A stretch of DNA of 64,000 bases, taken from Callorhinchus milii (Eukaryota). The DNA lies in assembly GCF_018977255.1 (NCBI RefSeq), contig NW_024704742.1, positions 62,374,001 to 62,438,000 of the forward strand, in the 5' to 3' direction. Below, piece by piece: positions 11,771 to 25,066 of this stretch. The notes beneath the pieces were generated by a model. It searched no databases. It was not told where the DNA came from and saw only the letters and a list, made by a program, of their open reading frames with translations. Position 1 is the stretch's first letter. Every line of letters begins with the position of its first letter. The position numbers were made by a program, and so were the translations under genes.

Positions 11771-13919
11771 TGCAGGCTGAGATACAATTTGTGATAAAGA
11801 CAAATTGAAACTTCAGGTTGTGAAATTTCACAGAATCATAGAAAATGACCATGCAGAAACTGGTACAAATTTGTGGCATAATTTCAGTGCTCACGAATTC
11901 CAAGTCACCAAAGTCCAGAAGAAGTCCCATAAACAAAACTCTGGCAGGAACCTCGAACAAGGCATTTATACAAGGCGCTTGACAGTTGCGAACAACAAAC
12001 CTCTTATCCTTTGTTCCTCTGTAAATGTAGATAAACACTTGTTGATTAAGTTGTGTCCACTATACCAATTTCTCTGCATCTTGCTAAATTGCCATGTGTG
12101 AATATGTGTCCTGAGAACCTCCCTGTATAATTCAGCGAGCTTGCTACTGGGTGCATCCCAAACATTCTTTGCTCTTTTAACTTGTGCAGAAAGCAGATAA
12201 GGATAATCAACAAACAATGAAAAATAAGCAATGGGAAAACAGCCGTTCCCCAAACCAGGTGATGTTAATCATCTACAGAGGCAAAACAATCAAGTGCAGT
12301 GTGACAGCGTCCCTATTAGAAACATTTTAAGCTGCCAGTCTCTGCCATCCCTTTGGTATTAATCTACAACTTGTATCAGTCTCGTTGCATCCTTTGAGCT
12401 GTAAAATGAGCTATAACTTCACATGTGTTGCCTTATGGTGTATAATTACAGCCTATGGGAATCCAACGGCATTTCAAACCCAATAACGTATTATCCCAGG
12501 ACCCTGAGTTAGAACAGAATCCAGTCACCTCCATGAAGTAAAGTAAAACAGTATGTGCCGAAGGTCCCTTAAGAATATCGCAAAGCCCAGGAGTCCAGTA
12601 GTATTCACCACACTGCCCACTCAAAGGAAATCACTAACTCCACATTAAATAATTTGAATCAGCACTGAGTCAATGTGTATTATCTGAAGCCCAGGTCGCA
12701 CTGATTCCAGCAAGTCAAGAATTAACTAGTGCGCTGCCAACAGTTTGCTGTTAATAATATTACGGCTCAGATTTCTCAGAACTCCATCCCAGAGCCCATT
12801 CCCCTCGCACTCCCTTGCCTTCCAGATCGGTCTTAAGATCTTCCTCTTTGACCGTGTCTTTGGTCATTTAGCTTTGTGCACACAGTGCGCAGATCTGGAG
12901 ATGATCTCCCGATGTGAAAGGCGTTGTATAAATGCAATTTGTTGTTGCTGTTGTTGTTGCCCTCTGGCATCAGTTGGAAATACTTCCGAGAGCAGATGGA
13001 CTGACCGGCTGGCTTTGTGAGTGCCACATGCATGAGCAGCGATTTGTTGAAATCATCAGCAACTGACATGACAATAGTGCTGAGCAGTGGCCGCTCTATA
13101 ACGTGTTATAGCCCGGGTCTGATTTTACAGGCCCAAACTTATAATGGTGGGTCTAACCGAACATTTCTCTAAAAAAAAGCTCTGAAAACCTTGGGTCTGC
13201 AGGAGCAGTATCATGTTACTAAGTAAACAGTCAGGCTACAAATGAATGGTTAGAGCAGCAGTCCTTTGATGGGAATGCACATATGGCTTTTCTGCTTGCC
13301 GTGCAACTTCTGGTAATGAGAACAATTAAATTATTGAAACTCTGGGTTTTAATTTGGTTTTAATGGTATTTCAGGAATTCTATTCTCGCCACACTAAAAA
13401 AACATTGTAATGTTGAAATTGCTCAAATTAAATAGCCATGAGAACCCAATAACAAATGTCACAGCACTTTCAATTTCATTGATATTGAATTCCTTTTCTT
13501 CACATCTTTGGGAGTGATTTTCTGATCATTGGTGAAGTTACTGACCTTGGCTATGACAGCTTCTCAGAGGATTCACATTGTAGGCTCCCAATGCCAAGAT
13601 TAGTGAATGTATCAACCAGAGGAGAGTAAGAGACCAACACATTGCACAAATTGGATTCAGTTTAGTGAACATTTGGTACATTTTCGCTCACAGAATATAC
13701 AGTCAATTCAATTTACAGTATATTCTGTGAAGAGCTTTGAGATGTCTTGAAGACATGATAAGGCGCTACATCAAATGCAAAGATTATTATTATTTGATAT
13801 TATTTGATACTTCCCACATCAGATGTTCCCTGAATGTGCTAGAGATGGATCCTCTGACAACTCAATGACTGAATCCGTGAAGCATCAGTCTAGCCCGCTC
13901 TATGACATTAATAGTGCTA

Positions 13920-14290
13920 ACAATAATAATCCTTGCATTTGATATAATGCCTTTCAGATCAGAAGGATGTCTCAAAATGCTTTCCAGGATTTACTGTGAA
14001 GTGAAGTGAATGTGCATTTCTGTAGACAAATAAGCAGTTTTAGATCAGGGATTGTTCACCGGGAGAAATTCCCTTCTCTTTTCAAATAGTGCAATGAGAT
14101 CTTTGGGAAGCTGTGCACTTCAGTTTAACAACTCATCTGAAGGCTGACACCTCTGACAATGCAAAACTCCCCCTAGCACTACATTGGACTGTCAACCTAG
14201 GCTGTCAGCATAAAGTCCCGATGATGGGGTTTGAACCCAGAACTTTCTGGTTAAGAGGATAGACTGCTGGTACCAACTGAGCCAGACTGA
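13920..14290 (-). mobile_element. DeuSINE (SacSINE1-like)
   Basis: Head (reverse of ggctcagttggta...gggttcaaacccca), Deu-like centre tcagatgagttgttaaactga, and L2-type tail. Confidence 0.75.
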
Positions 14291-17149
14291 TACTATTTTA
14301 GCACAGATATTTTCTTACTGGACTATATTATACAAGTACCTTATTTTAATGCATATTCAGCATTGGAACATAATACGCTCAAGGAAAAAATGGTGTCTCT
14401 GAGTGTAATGGTGTAAAGTCGAAGCTGCAGAAACACAAAGAAACCATTGGATGTGATGCTGAGAACAGTGAGCTTTAATTGCTCAGCAGTGCCACCAGCA
14501 GAAGGTTTACGGTACTACTGTTCATCTTGGCAAGATGTTTAATTACATCCAGAAATAAAAAGACATTCGGAAAAAGGGAAGTTTAACCTTTACAATGTAG
14601 CTTTCATACAACAAATAAACCTTTTGTTTTTATCCTTATTCTTCTTTTAAGGTTTCAGTCAATCTGCCCTCGCTCTCAGGAACTCCTTTTCCAGACTTAC
14701 TCTACCTCACTCTCTCCCTCACCACTTTTAAAGCCCATTTTAAGACCTATTTCCTCAATTGCGCTTTTGGTCACCCTTTAATTCAAACCCCCTCTCCCCA
14801 GCTCGGGTATCCAGTTAGCTGTGTGAAGTGCTTTGAGATGTGAAAGGTGCTACTTAAATTCCTTGTGAATCAGCATTGCTCAGGTGGGAGTCAGAAGGTT
14901 GTGGTTCAAGCCACACGTTGGCACTTTGAACTCACAGACTAAGCTGATATTCCAATATGGTGCCAGGGCTGAGCTTCACTGTCTCAGCACATCTGAAAGT
15001 AATGTTTTAGGTTTATTTTATCAATCACCTGTCAATGCCGTTCTTCAGCAAATGTGCACTCAGAGATTAAAAGAGAAACACTCGCATTGTGGGTTTGCCT
15101 CTTTTAACCTAGTTTATTTTTCATTTTTCTTCAGCCCTGTAATTACTGAACATTCCAGTGTAAAGAGGCGGGAAGCCCCGAGCTCATAAAGTGAGTCACA
15201 CTGAGTTACGTAGAGTTACACAGAATGACATGTCATTCAGTCCAACTAGTAAGTGCTGGTGCTCATACTCCACAAGAGCACCCACCGCTCCTATTACAAC
15301 AACAACAACTTGGATTTATATAGCACCCTCCAGGCTGGACGGCATCTCAGAGCGCTTCACAGTAATGGATCCCGGGGCCGAGCCAGGGGACGGGGAGGAA
15401 GGTGACCAAAGGCACAGCTTTACCCCTCCATTCCCTTCTCCATCATGTGTGCATCATTTTCTCTTAAATATATTGATGCAATTTTCTTCAAACACAGCTT
15501 TCAGTAGGGAGTTCCACCTTCCCATCACCCTAAACACCCTATTCTATCTACTACTGGTTGTTTTATATTTTTGCTCTCTAATTTTGGACACACCAACAAG
15601 TGGAAACAATCTATCAACATCCACCTTATCAAATTATTCCATAACCCTAAACATTTCTATCAGGGCCCCTCTCAATCAGTTCATCTCGAGAGAGAAATGT
15701 CACAACTTATCCAATCTGATAGTTGTATCCCTGGTACCATCCACTAAAGCTCAATTGCTGAGACCATCTTTAGGAGCTGGTTTAAATACAGGAGTTGTGA
15801 ATTGAGTCGACCTTCATACCTTCAAATGTTGGTGCCCATTGAAGACCAGCCCTTTAAATAATACCAAAATTCATGAAGCCTAGTGTTGGGTCAGTTGCAC
15901 AAAACCATAACTCTCCTTAGATCAGTCTCTGGTCCCAATACTTTGTGATGTCTTCCCGCTATACAATTGTTGTTGGTGAGGGCAATTTGGAATGGGATAT
16001 ACTTCCCATTCTTGAGTTATTCTACTGTTTGAATTAATGACACACTGCCTCCAGCAATATAAGCTGAACATGAGGAATGGGAGAGAAGACTGTAGTATAC
16101 AATGGGAGCTCACTGCATAGGGAGTCATGGACTCCAGCTGCTATAAGATCTGGTGGAGGAATCACCTTGAGAATGAAGATGTGTACCTTGTTTAACATAT
16201 CTTCTATTTCAGGACTAACGAAGGAAAGTGCTACAAGGGCTTTAGTGGAGTGGTGGTTGAGATTGAGTTAATGCTGCAGTGAATCGAGTCTTCCTGTACT
16301 GACTGAGACAGAGGGCATGGACATCAGCTGAAATCAGCACACTTCACTGAACAGATCCATGCAAAGGCCACTTCCTAATCTCTTGTTGAAGTGGTTCACC
16401 CAGCATCACAGTGCTGTGATGCAGTCTGTGCTGTTCTTCTTGGCTGCTCTATCCTGAGAATGTATTTTTCTTTCAAAATCTAAAAAGCACTGACCTGATC
16501 CTTGTGGTGGAGAGTGCAACATCACTGGTTTGTCTCTTAAAAACCCCCACTTGTTCTATCATTTGAAAAGTTAGTACAATCAGGAATTGATACAGTTATA
16601 GAAAAATGGACGAAGCTTATTATCTTAATGTTTAATTTCACAAGATCAGATGAGCCTGGTCGATTTCAATATCCGCTGTTGGTTGATTATTTCTATTTCT
16701 AGCTATAAAGTCATTCACTTTGAACGAATGCAGTGAAGTCATTACTTCATCATTGTTTGTGGGATATTACTGTGTGCAACTGGGTTGCTGGGTTTGCCAA
16801 ATAAACTCACTGCACTTTACAGTATATCTAGAGAAATGCTTTGAGATGTCTGTCTGACTTGAGATGTCTGTCATTATTATAATTATTTATCATTGAATTG
16901 AAAAATAAAACTTGTGCAGGAAAAGCAACCAAGCTGCTATAAGATCTGGTGGAGGAATCACCTTGAGAGTGAAGGAGATTTGTGTTTTTGTGTGTGTGCA
17001 CGAGGGTGTGGGGGAGAAGGGGGGCGGGGGACACTTTGGGACATCTACCTTACGTAAAACACACTATAAGTGTAAATTATATTGTATTGTTTTGCACTCG
17101 TGAAGACGTGAGAGATAAGTTTTAGTTGGAATGGAATTATTTTGGTCAC

Positions 17150-17595
17150 ATGTGCAAACCCATTACCATGTTCAACAGTATAATAATCCCTGCATTTGAT
17201 ATAGCACCTTATCACGTTGTGGAGACGTCTCAAAGCACTTCATATAATACACAGTAAAGTGAATTGATAGTATATTTTGTGGGCGAAACGCAGCCCCCAA
17301 AACCTTTTGCTTGCGAGGCAAGTTCTCTAACCACTAAAGCTACAGGATTTCAAATTCAGACTCAGAGCTTGGCATGTGTATGCCATCTACACATGCAATT
17401 TCCCTGTGTCTGGAATGGAGTGGACCCTCTCTCTCTGGAGATGCCCCCTGCCTCCCTGATTCTGGAGAGGATTAGATGTCAGTTGGCAATAGCCAAGGTT
17501 GAGGCCTCCAGAGTCTGTGTTGATGGTACTGCTGCAGGTTTAACCAGCTGAAACCACTTCCCATTGAGAGCATTGTCCGACAAGCTTATTCTGCT
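17150..17595 (+). repeat. Unclassified dispersed repeat, copy 2, split by a SINE at about 17180-17348
   Basis: gcaaacccattaccatgtt...[SINE]...ctacacatgcaatttccctgtgtctggaatggagtggaccctctctctctggaga...ccattgagagcattgtc is collinear with 43890-44070 and 46485-46715. Confidence 0.7.
17180..17348 (-). mobile_element. SINE family A with the central domain deleted
   Basis: A tail at about 17180-17297 is joined directly to a tRNA head (reverse of tcctgtagctttagtggttagagaacttgcctcgcaagc). Confidence 0.75.
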
Positions 17596-18257
17596 GCTTG
17601 GCTCGCCGGGGACACCTTATCCGTTAAGGTCTTGACTTGCAGAACACAAGCCAAAGGAAAAGCTAGGAAAAAGACAGATGATCTCTTGTGAAGCAACCCC
17701 CACATCATCATTTGACAAAGCATGTGGTAGCTTTACATTGAAAGTATATTGGAACACCAGTGAAAGAATAAGCACAGTGCATCGTATCCTGCTCTAACGC
17801 CTTTTTTCTGAGGGCTTCAAGTCTGTGAAACTTCTTATCTTCCTGGTGACTCTTCCTGTAATTAACAAGTTTTTAAAATCCAGGCTTACCCATTAAGCAC
17901 GACCAATTCCCCATTATTTTCAACTGCACTGTAGACCGGTCACTGTAGACCGTGATTCTCTACTTTGGGTCTCACTTTGGTTTCTCATTCACTTATGTAG
18001 CCCATCTCATATCCCATTACTTTGATTAGTTCACACTCATTATCGTCCACATATTGACCATTCACACGCTTGGTTAACGGCACTCTAAAGTGCAGCTTTT
18101 TGAGACGGCATCAACATGCTGAAGATGTTCATGTGACGTGACTGCAGGTCTGGTAATAGGTTTTGCCAGACAATCCCCCATGTGCAAGGAGCTCAGATGT
18201 TGCTCAGCTGCTGCCCAGCTGCTGTGTGTAGTGTGTAAGTGATCTCCTCTTACTCAC

Positions 18258-18479
18258 TTCTCCCCAGGCAGCTGGTGATGGCTCCACAGCAGGGTAGTAC
18301 TTTGGCAGGTCCCAGGCGACCTCTGTCATGAACCACTTGAAATCTTTACACTTGAGGTGCTTCCGCAGGACTTTCTGGGCTGTGAGGTCACCTGTGGAGA
18401 GATGCCTGTACTCAGGCCTCCGTTGATAGATATACTCTGCATACTCATCCATCCAGGTCTCTGCCACTCTCTTCAAATT
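18258..18479 (-). CDS. GALNTL6: GALNTL6 coding exon, 222 nt; end of catalytic domain and linker
   Basis: cttacag|AATTTG...GGAGAA|gtgagt. Encodes [74 protein letters not shown]. Confidence 0.96.
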
Positions 18480-20985
18480 CTGTAAGCAGCAGCAACATAT
18501 GTACGTTATCACATATGAATATAATGTAAAATCAACTTAAAATAGTAATAATAAACCTTGCATTCGAGATAGTGCCTTATCATATTACTGAAACCTTCCA
18601 AAGCACTTTGCAAGATTTTATTGTAAAGTGGTGTGACAGTATATTTTGTTGCCAACTTTGCACACAGCAATATCCCACAAACAGCTGTGAGTGAATGACT
18701 GCTTTTACCTGGAGCATTATTGACTAGGACACCTTTTTGACATCTTAAGATATTGTCGGTGAACAATATTTGGATATGCTTGAGACAATCTCTGGATGCC
18801 CTCACTGACCATACCCAAAGCAAACTAAAAATGCGAGGAATTCCCAAGCACACCACTCATCCTTCTGCATTGAAACCCACCACAAATCTATCTTTCTTGT
18901 GGAAATAATAATAATCCTTGCATTGGATGGATATGCTAGATGGGCTGACAATCGATTCCTGCCTTAAATACAATGCAATTTACCTATATCGCCTTTCATT
19001 TTGGGATGACATCTTAAATTGCTTCACACTGCTTTGCACCTGAGTTGGGGAATGGTTCCTGCAGAGGGTGGGAAGGAGAAAGATGACCAAAAGCGTGGTT
19101 TAAGAGGAATGTAAATGCGAGGAATTAGGAGGGCATGTAAATGATTAATATTAATGTAAGAAGTTGCCATAAATGATTTATTTTTCCTCTTCATTACATC
19201 GTACTTTTCATCCAGTGATGTCCTTCAGATGAAATGTTAAGCCACGTTCCTGCCTGCCTGTTCAGGTGGACATTAAAATTCCTGTGGCGACTATTCAAAA
19301 TGACAAGGGTGTTTCTCCCAATGTCCTGGGCAATAGCCCCAGATAAAATTGGTCATTCAGTTCATGGCTGTTTATGGGACACTGCCAGGTGCAAAATTGG
19401 CTGCCACACACATCTACAAAATACACAGTGACAACATTTTAGAATGAATCCTGTGAAGCTCCTCCTGACATGAATCATAAATCCTGAAAGGAATCACAAA
19501 TGTAAGGATTATTATTACTATTACTATGTGTCAATCAAAATCAAACCCTGCAGGAGATTTCAAAGTCTTTAATGAATTATTGCAAGCTAGCCACATGTAC
19601 TTGAACTTGTCATACACTGCATGTGTTTCCTTATTGATTACTAATAACCGCAAAGTGTCCCCATCCACCTGTACAATCCTCACATCCACCAACTTGGGAT
19701 TGTTTTAACCTCAGCAATTAAACTGCTGCTTTCATACAATTAACAGAACTGAAGGCTGGTTATTTTGCATCTGAATCATTTCCCAATTATGATTCCTTTA
19801 AATTTAATGTACGTCAATCGCAATCGATGCTCTCAGACTCTTACTCTTTCACTGTAAAGCTTCTCTTCACTCGCTCTACAGAGAGAATAATGAATTATGT
19901 CACCAGCCTCGCACAATAAAGCAGTAAGCAACAACAACAACAAAATTAACAGGTACCAAAAATCCTTCCGATGAATCCTTAATGATAACAATTTCGTAGT
20001 TCTCTGCAGAATTGGAAGCATGTTGAGTTAATGCACCTAATCAGCATGCTTTCTGAAGAGTTAATGTTGTCATCTTCATGTGACATGTTTGATAGCAAAC
20101 CCGGGATGTCTTATTTAGACCAGACATCATGATTCTGCCTTAATGCATTCTTATGCATCTCAATATTTTATTGTGTTAGATATTTTATTGTGTCACAAAT
20201 CCACAATTTGCACTTGTATTATTCATCATCCAAAATTAAGAATTCAAGCACTTCAGAAGAGTGTCTGTTTTGTACAGAGATGCCAGGCAAAAGCAGATAT
20301 CCTCCAGATCTGTAAACACCATTCATACAGTAAAATTATTCTTTCTCAAGCTATTTGTTCAGTGTTTTTTGTTCTGGTATCTGGCAGTTGAACACAAGTC
20401 TTTAATAAAGTGAGTTACAAGGCCTAATAATGTTTGAAACCATGTGGGGCTATCTTATTATAATAATAACAGTAATCTTTGCATTTGATATGCTGCTGTA
20501 CATGTTAGGAAGATGAGATATGCTGTACATCGCAATGTGCTTCACAAGATTTAAAATATGGTGATTGGATATTTAGTAGGTGATCGTGAAACAATTACCA
20601 TTTGACTCGTTTTTAAAAAAAAACTTGAAAAATAAGAATGCATTCAAAGGTTGTGTACATAACTGCAGATATACTCCATTTGACCATTTTTACACTATAT
20701 CCTGTGAGTGCTTTGAGATGTCTCGACAACTTGATATGCAAGCATTATTATGTTGGCTCAAGACCATTTGGAAAAATTATTTGTGAAATACAATCCAGCC
20801 TAAGTAAATTATAACGTTAGATCAATTCCTGGGAAATTTATGATCAATTTTGTTTGGTTTAGGCGGGATGAAATTCTGCAGAATTTTATCTTCTTAGAAG
20901 TTTTACTGTTGGCTATTCCTCACATTCAGGGGATTGAATAAATCTGGGATAATCCATGACAGGTCAAAGTAAGCCTTGTCTATTG

Positions 20986-20986
<1 letters not shown>

Positions 20987-21019
<33 letters not shown>

Positions 21020-21065
21020 CCTTGCATTTGATATAGCGCTTTTCACGTCAGGAGGACGTCCCGAA
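20987..21065 (-). repeat. (TAA)n microsatellite that is the expanded tail of a truncated SINE/L2-type 3' end
   Basis: About 11 AAT units followed by ccttgcatttgatatagcgcttttcacgtcaggaggacgtcccgaag. Confidence 0.85.
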
Positions 21066-24000
21066 GCAGAATTAATATGCTGAATGGTGATGTATTATTC
21101 TCTGGTGGAGAGGACAGGCGGTAATTTAGGCCTTTGCAATGCTGGTGTACTGAGTTGTGGATACAATGTGTTTCATATGCTTTCTCTGAGTGTGTGAAAG
21201 AGGAAGAATGTTTGTGACTGGAACTGGGGTAGTTTACAGTCTTCATTTTCAGGCTATCCAAGTCAAGTTGGCTTCAGAGCTGCTCTATCATTACAAGAAG
21301 CAATGCTGGTGTGCAAAATAGCCCTTCATTCATGCTTGGTTCTGTCTGAGACGGAAAATAATGGAATGATTTCAGATTAAACAGAAAGCAGGGGATACTT
21401 CAATGCTGCTAATTATTATCACAGAATTATAGCACTCAGGGAAGAACATGTTGTCTCTGCATTTGGTTGCAAAGTCTGATTTGTTTATTTNAAAAAAGTG
21501 AAATTGTTCACATGTCAGCAATCTCTTCAGCACTGATTCAGATGCAGCCTTTCTCGCTGCACATTGTGTCAGGGCTTCTCTGAGTGAAGATTCAACCATC
21601 CGCATACAACAATTAAACTTGTGTTCTATCGAACTCAATGAGAATAGGCTGCTTCTCCTCTGATCCCAAAGGTATCACTACATGTTGTACACTGGAGCTT
21701 TCAGATCTCACATGACAAAACTCTTCAGTTGCTAAATTGACCTACTTTGATTTCTGGTATTTTGGGCTCAGAGGTTATCTGGTTTGTGTGCCTGTATTTA
21801 TTGAGAATATTTATGCTGCAATGTCGCAAGGGGAATACAAGGAGGGAACATCAAGATTATTACTATTCCCCTGGTTTTTAAATGAACAAGATTGACAAGA
21901 ACAGAATTTGGCCCTTCAGTAATTATAATTCATTGAAGCCGATGTTCAGCTCCATCTGCGGGCTGAATAGATATGAGCCATTACATAGCCTCAGAGGAAA
22001 CACTTCTGCTTGAACTTGTACAGCTGTCTCATCTAACTGGAGCTGCTAATAAAATGGATCATAAATACTTCTGATGACTTTTTGACCATTAGAGTTTTTA
22101 ACTATTGCTGCATTTGGCCACAAGATATACGGTCAATTCGCTTTACAGTATTTTCTGTGAAGCGCTTTGAGACGTCTCGAAGATACGATAGAGGCCCTAT
22201 GTCAAATGCAAGGATTATTTATTTATCATTTATTACAATTTTTGATCATTGCTGTTTGTGCCCATCGCTGGTCAAATCTTGCTCTCTGTGCTTGAAGAGG
22301 CAATCAGTTTGGTAATGGATTTCTTCCAAGTGAAAGTAATGATCCTTGCATTGCCAGGTGACCTCACCCCAAAGCCTACTCGAAGCCATCTGACACACAG
22401 CTGCTGAAATAGTTTTCTGCTGGGTCTGGTGATGGCGACAGAGCTCACAGAGTGCCAAAAGATAATCGATTTTTTCCCTACACTTTCATTTTCTTGGAAC
22501 ATTCAAGAGAAGCCCTTGCACAGAATTCGAGTATCTGTGATTACTACCTTAATGACTCTTCATGGATGCTGCAATGGGAGCACAGTAAGGTGGGTATACT
22601 GGAAGGATTCACCTAGAAAATACACATTCACTGTAAAGTATGGTAAAATCCTGTGAAGCACTTTGAGAAGCACTATATCAGATGCAAGGATTGTTATTTT
22701 ATTTTTATTTAAATAAGCTGAAGTGCCTTCTTCAACCAAAGCTCTCTTGTGATCCTCTAAAAGGTGACTGCTTTTGAGGGAAAGTTAAGTGCATTTTTAG
22801 TTGGATTTTAGTTGCATTTCATGCAAAAGAAAGTCCCAAAAGCACTTGAACAATGTTGGGATGGCAACCTGCACGGAAATACGAGATTTAAATTCAGTCA
22901 AAGGAAAATGTTCACCCAAACAGGAGTTAACTGGATACCTGTCTGAATGGCAGTGTCGAGAACACATTTATTTTGGTCTGTTGTGCACCAGTCATGTCCC
23001 ACAATCAGTAATGAGATGAATGAACAATAATAATAATAATCCTTGCATTTGATATAGCACCTTATCATGTCTTTGTGATATCGCAAAGCCTTTCGCAAGA
23101 TTTATTGTAAAGTGTCTTTTAGGTGAACATGGCAGTCAATTTGTGTACAGCAATGTCCGACAAGTGGCCATGAAGTCAATGGGCAATTTTATTTGGGGGA
23201 TTGTTGGCATAATCTGTTTTTATTAATGTGTTTTTAGTAAATGTTTTTAGTAATGTGGCAAATGGAATAACTATATTCTGATCAGCAGCACAATATCTGG
23301 ATAACCTAATTCGGTACTTAAGACATCAGGAACAGAGATACAGTTATCGAGTCCAACATCTGTATTGACGACAATTGTGCATGGCAGAGTTGGACAAGAA
23401 AGACTAGCTGGGAAACTATTGCTGCCTGGCACAAGAAACAATGCAAAGCTTTGAATATGCTCTTCCACTCACTTAATGAAGTAATCCTTAAGCGTTACAT
23501 TACATGGCATGTGTTTGGAGCCAGGGAGTTGACACGGTGCCAGTTTCACCTGGAGCGGCCAAAAAAGCTTGTCATGTGCAGCAGACTGTGTTAAGACTGC
23601 AGTTATGGCTCACAGATGATGATCGGAGGGAGCTGGAGCACCTCGTCTCCAAGAGAGACACTTGCCACCACGCACATTGTGCCAAAAGCCAAGAAGGTGG
23701 GTCAACACATGCAAGTGAAAAGCGTGAATTGTACAAGAACAGCAAAAGCAACCTGAGTTCTGGTACACAAAGTGCATTGCAGCACATTGCATTGCTTTCA
23801 CATATTGCTAAGTTATTTAAAAACACAGGGTGATCCCTCCACTGAGTATTAGTTGAGAATTATTTGATTTGTACAATTACTGCAACGGTTTTCCATTCTA
23901 ATTCTAACCAAACAAAAAGATTACTTTTCAGAGGGTGATCAACAGCTGGAAAGGAATTGTTGGGATGGAAGGATAATTGAGAGGAAAACCAATTAGTGTG

Positions 24001-24958
24001 AGTGAGGGAGCGAGGGGAAATACTTTTGAAATAAACAACAATAAATCCTTTAAACGTCTAGCTGTTTGGTTGTATCTATGGTTATCTCCCATTTCCCCTC
24101 TCCTCCCAACTCTAGCTCTCCCTTCTCCATTGCTCGGCATCTGATCACGTCACTGTGAAGGACTCCAAGGTGCTATCCTATGTGAAGAGCATTATATAAA
24201 CGCAAGTTATGTTGTTGAGTCCACTCCTAGGATAATTCCCCTATTCCACTTCCTACCCAACACTCTCTCTAGACCTCTCTCCTGTTGTTGGCCTCCCTCT
24301 CAGGGGAGATGGAAAACCTAGGATATATCGCTGGTTAGGTTGGATCCAATAACAAATTGTCCACATCACTGCAATTTACAGTATATCTTGTGAAGCGCTA
24401 AGAGATGTTCTCCCAACATAGAAGGCGCAATATCAAATTGAAAGATTATTGTTATTATATAGTTCCTGGAATTCCTTGTTTTTTGTTTGGCACACATACA
24501 GAATTTGTGGCACAAGCAATGTGGTGGCATTGTGAACTTTGCTCACTCTCTGGACTTGTGGAACTTTGTTTTTCTTGATCAACTGACATGGAAACAACAG
24601 CGATGGAGGCCAGGAGGTCACAGGAGAGGAGAAGAAGAAGGCCCTTCTGTTCATTTGATATCCCCCTTCCAGAATAACTATCTCCACCCATCACACATCA
24701 AACTGTTCTAAATGAGCCCAGCATCCCACCCTCAACCACCCCTTCTGCCAACCCATTACAGCGCACCTGAAGATCTGGCCACTTTTTCACCTATTTATGG
24801 ACCAGTTATTTCTCTCAAATGTCTTGTCCTTGCATGCCTTTGCCTTCACCCCACAGGTTTAAGGGAGGGGAGTGGTGACACCAATGCAATACAGTTCCAT
24901 GCCTCAGCTGCGCAATTCCTGTGAAGATATGAAGGATGACTAAATTTCAGGTACTCAC

Positions 24959-25066
24959 TCTGGCTAAACTGGTCCCAGAGGGAACTTTATACGGGACGTA
25001 TTTTCTGTAGATATGTCCTACCCTGGAACAAGGAACATCATACATGTGGCCGCCACACATCCAGAC
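24959..25066 (-). CDS. GALNTL6: GALNTL6 coding exon, 108 nt (absent from the supplied ORF track)
   Basis: tttttctag|GTCTGG...GCCAGA|gtgagt. Translated by hand: [36 protein letters not shown], which includes the conserved metal-binding His of GHIYR. Confidence 0.96.

Noticed and set aside
15191..15805. 204-aa ORF
   Set aside because: It spans an antisense L2 tail and an antisense CR1 fragment, so it is a chance open frame.
21491..21491. Single N bases (also at 50074)
   Set aside because: Assembly ambiguity rather than biology; nearby junctions should be treated with caution.
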